Virus record (IMG/VR): IMGVR_UViG_3300026187_000042
Coordinates: 1 to 35,668 of that record
Source of the DNA: a virus
Taxonomy: Duplodnaviria > Caudoviricetes
Reading direction: 5' to 3' (one strand)
DNA: 35,668 nucleotides
Shown: piece by piece, positions 33,632 to 35,668 of the stretch
Position numbering within the stretch: the first letter of the stretch is position 1
How the letters are laid out: the number at the start of each line of letters is the position of its first letter
Made by a program: the position numbers and the translations under genes
Notes under the pieces: generated by a model
The model's input: only the letters and a program-made list of their open reading frames with translations
The model's database searches: none
What the model was told of the DNA's origin: nothing

Positions 33632-35436
33632 TAACGGTTATCAATATGACATTAAATGGTATTCCAATTTCAACGGTCAGGGGATTGGATGGTTTAGAAT
33701 TAAATGCTGTTTACGATATAAGCCCACGAGCATCAATAAATTTAGATTCAGTTGTTTTTTGCAATAGTGATAAATCAAAAAATAGTGATATTTTAAGGGC
33801 TGCTCATGATGCGTTACCAACAGAAGGTGCATTATTTGAATTTGAAGTTACTGATTTTGTAAATTCGTATCCGTTTAAATTTATCTGTGATTACAATAGG
33901 TATAAAATTTTGTCACCAAGTGAAACAGAAGTTGGTTTATTTTTAGAAGATTCAGATAATTCATTAATTCAATATAGGGGTGCTGATATTAATATGGCTT
34001 TTTTAGAAGATGCCGGTTATTTAAATTCAACACATTATGTTAATTTCCCTTATATCGTTAAAAACAGAAAAACAAATTTAGAAAAGATACAATTATTATC
34101 AATCACATTCACGACAACAAAAACACTTTTTGATGAAGTTTTTAAATTAATTGGCATTGCAACCGATATATCAACAGTACTTGGTTCAGCTTTAGGTCTG
34201 ATTAATTTAGCGCAAACATTGTTTGCTTTATCACTTACTGTTGTACAATTGATACAATTAATAAAAGAAGCGAGGGAAACATTTGTTCCCCCAATCAGGT
34301 ATCATTCAGCAATTTCATTAAAAAATTATTTAACACAAGCGTTTAATTATTTAGGGTATTCAGTTGATTTTGGAACGTGGGCTGAAAACCCAATATTAAT
34401 ACCATCAAAATCAGATGAAATTGGATTAACAACGCCTGAAACAACATTGGAACAAAGCGGTATATTAAAACCAAATAATTTTGGGTATAATTTATCAGAA
34501 GCGATTGAATTAGCTTTAAGGTTGTGCAACGGTGAAATAATGATAAAAGAATCAACCGTTCATTTAAGACCAAAAAGTGATCCATTTTGGATTTTAGATG
34601 CGGGTTATATTATGCCCGACACATTAATTGAACAAAGCGTTTTAGAAAATAATGGTGAAAGGCGTTTAAACCGTGAGGATGTTTATGCCGGTAAATCATT
34701 TTCATATGAAACTGATGATTCTGACAGGTGGACAATACAAGATGCGGCAGATGGCGCAAATGGGAACAGAAGGCACACAGTAATTGTTGAACCAATCACA
34801 ACAGTGAACACAAAAAGAGTTAATTTAAACGGGTTTAAGGAAATTAAAATACCATATTGCTTAGTTTCAAGGAAATATTTAGTTGATGAAATAATTGATA
34901 AAATTATTCCTGATCTTGAAATTGGGTTGTTTGATTTGCGTGAAACAGTTAAAGAAACATTTGAATTATACTCAGACGAATTAACAGAAACATTTCCAAT
35001 ACTTGAAACGTTAGGTTCTTATGTTTTATCTAGGGATGGCGCATTAAGAGTTGAAAATCATTTTTTTACAAAGCCTAAAATTGGCATTTTAGAGGGTGGA
35101 AGTTTTGGAAGGTATTTAATACCTGAAGATTTCAATGATAAAATAGGTGCAAAAGCCATTTACAACAAATATTACAGTTATGATTCGTTGGTTGAGGGTG
35201 TTAGAAATCCATTAGACACAAATGATACAAATGGAAAAGAAGTTTTTGAAAATGTAGAATTTCAATTTAATATAAAAGATTTTTCACTAATTTTGAATAA
35301 CGCATATTTTACAACTGAATCGGGTAAATTAGGAAGATATACAGCATTAAATTGGAAAGTTTTAAGTGATAAAGTCACAGCCAATTATTGGGTTCAAAAA
35401 AATTGGTTGATAAATTCTGAAGAAAAAGAGGTATGA
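33628..35436 (+). CDS. Putative tail/virion protein
   Basis: 602 aa; ATGA overlap with the tape measure gene; internal hydrophobic helical stretch. Confidence 0.6.
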   Translation: MITVINMTLNGIPISTVRGLDGLELNAVYDISPRASINLDSVVFCNSDKSKNSDILRAAHDALPTEGALFEFEVTDFVNSYPFKFICDYNRYKILSPSETEVGLFLEDSDNSLIQYRGADINMAFLEDAGYLNSTHYVNFPYIVKNRKTNLEKIQLLSITFTTTKTLFDEVFKLIGIATDISTVLGSALGLINLAQTLFALSLTVVQLIQLIKEARETFVPPIRYHSAISLKNYLTQAFNYLGYSVDFGTWAENPILIPSKSDEIGLTTPETTLEQSGILKPNNFGYNLSEAIELALRLCNGEIMIKESTVHLRPKSDPFWILDAGYIMPDTLIEQSVLENNGERRLNREDVYAGKSFSYETDDSDRWTIQDAADGANGNRRHTVIVEPITTVNTKRVNLNGFKEIKIPYCLVSRKYLVDEIIDKIIPDLEIGLFDLRETVKETFELYSDELTETFPILETLGSYVLSRDGALRVENHFFTKPKIGILEGGSFGRYLIPEDFNDKIGAKAIYNKYYSYDSLVEGVRNPLDTNDTNGKEVFENVEFQFNIKDFSLILNNAYFTTESGKLGRYTALNWKVLSDKVTANYWVQKNWLINSEEKEV

Positions 35437-35630
35437 TAGATAGATTATTGGAAATAAAAAATGAACTAATGGAAATGCAAAAAAATGCGTTGTCGACAAT
35501 ATTTAAAAATGTTAACGATTTACCACAAGAAAAAAAAGAAACTTTTGAACAATTATTGAAAGCACATATTTCAGGTGATAAAAAAAAGGTTGAAGAACTT
35601 GAAAAAAAATTAAAACAAGATGGCGAGTAA
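35433..35630 (+). CDS. Small helical hypothetical protein
   Basis: 65 aa; overlaps both neighbours (the next gene restarts at 35620 = 92). Confidence 0.65.
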   Translation: MIDRLLEIKNELMEMQKNALSTIFKNVNDLPQEKKETFEQLLKAHISGDKKKVEELEKKLKQDGE

Positions 35631-35668
35631 TTTTAGCGTAATAGAAAACAAATTTTACAACCAAATAA
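35529..35668. repeat. Terminal direct repeat / circular overlap, right copy
   Basis: Matches 1-140 (exact over the last 126 bp). Confidence 0.95.

Noticed and set aside
982-34795. Minus-strand and nested alternate-frame ORFs in the track (e.g. 4862-5239, 6661-7077, 15818-16165, 30853-31359, 34343-34585)
   Set aside because: All lie within well-supported + strand genes, have shadow-like composition, and lack leaders or motifs.
1-35668. tRNA genes or stop-codon reassignment
   Set aside because: No cloverleaf seen in intergenic regions; long genes are intact in the standard code, and TAA, TAG and TGA all serve as stops.

Overview
The window is an apparently complete, circularly closed ~35.5 kb AT-rich tailed-phage genome. 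Bases 15-140 are repeated exactly at 35543-35668, giving a unit length of about 35,528 bp. All credible genes are on the + strand. TAnnTTTG promoters (two with TTG-N19 spacing), A-rich leaders without Shine-Dalgarno sequences, and DUF3127/DUF6291-type genes point to a Bacteroidota host, probably Flavobacteriia. Modules: tail and lysis (92-5354); recombination and replication (ERF, YqaJ-like exonuclease, SSB-like, Arc-like RHH, NinG, initiator, primase-helicase; 5581-11279); accessory genes including a micro-ORF array (11365-15108); methylase, terminase, portal and scaffold (15124-21526); an inserted early-type module (21675-23804); capsid, neck, tail tube and tape measure (24029-35630). I saw no integrase, CI-type repressor, tRNA, CRISPR array or reverse transcriptase. 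The most notable signals are: (1) a promoter-to-terminator ~85-nt small RNA whose linker is antisense to the start sites of several early/replication genes; (2) a non-coding second copy of the initiator gene's origin-like repeats upstream of the capsid promoter; (3) apparent total absence of CCAG/CTGG; (4) micro-genes chained by an identical 14-bp junction; (5) a GIY-YIG stub between two synonymous copies of a gene end; (6) two leader pseudoknot candidates. All protein calls are motif recognition by eye, not database searches.
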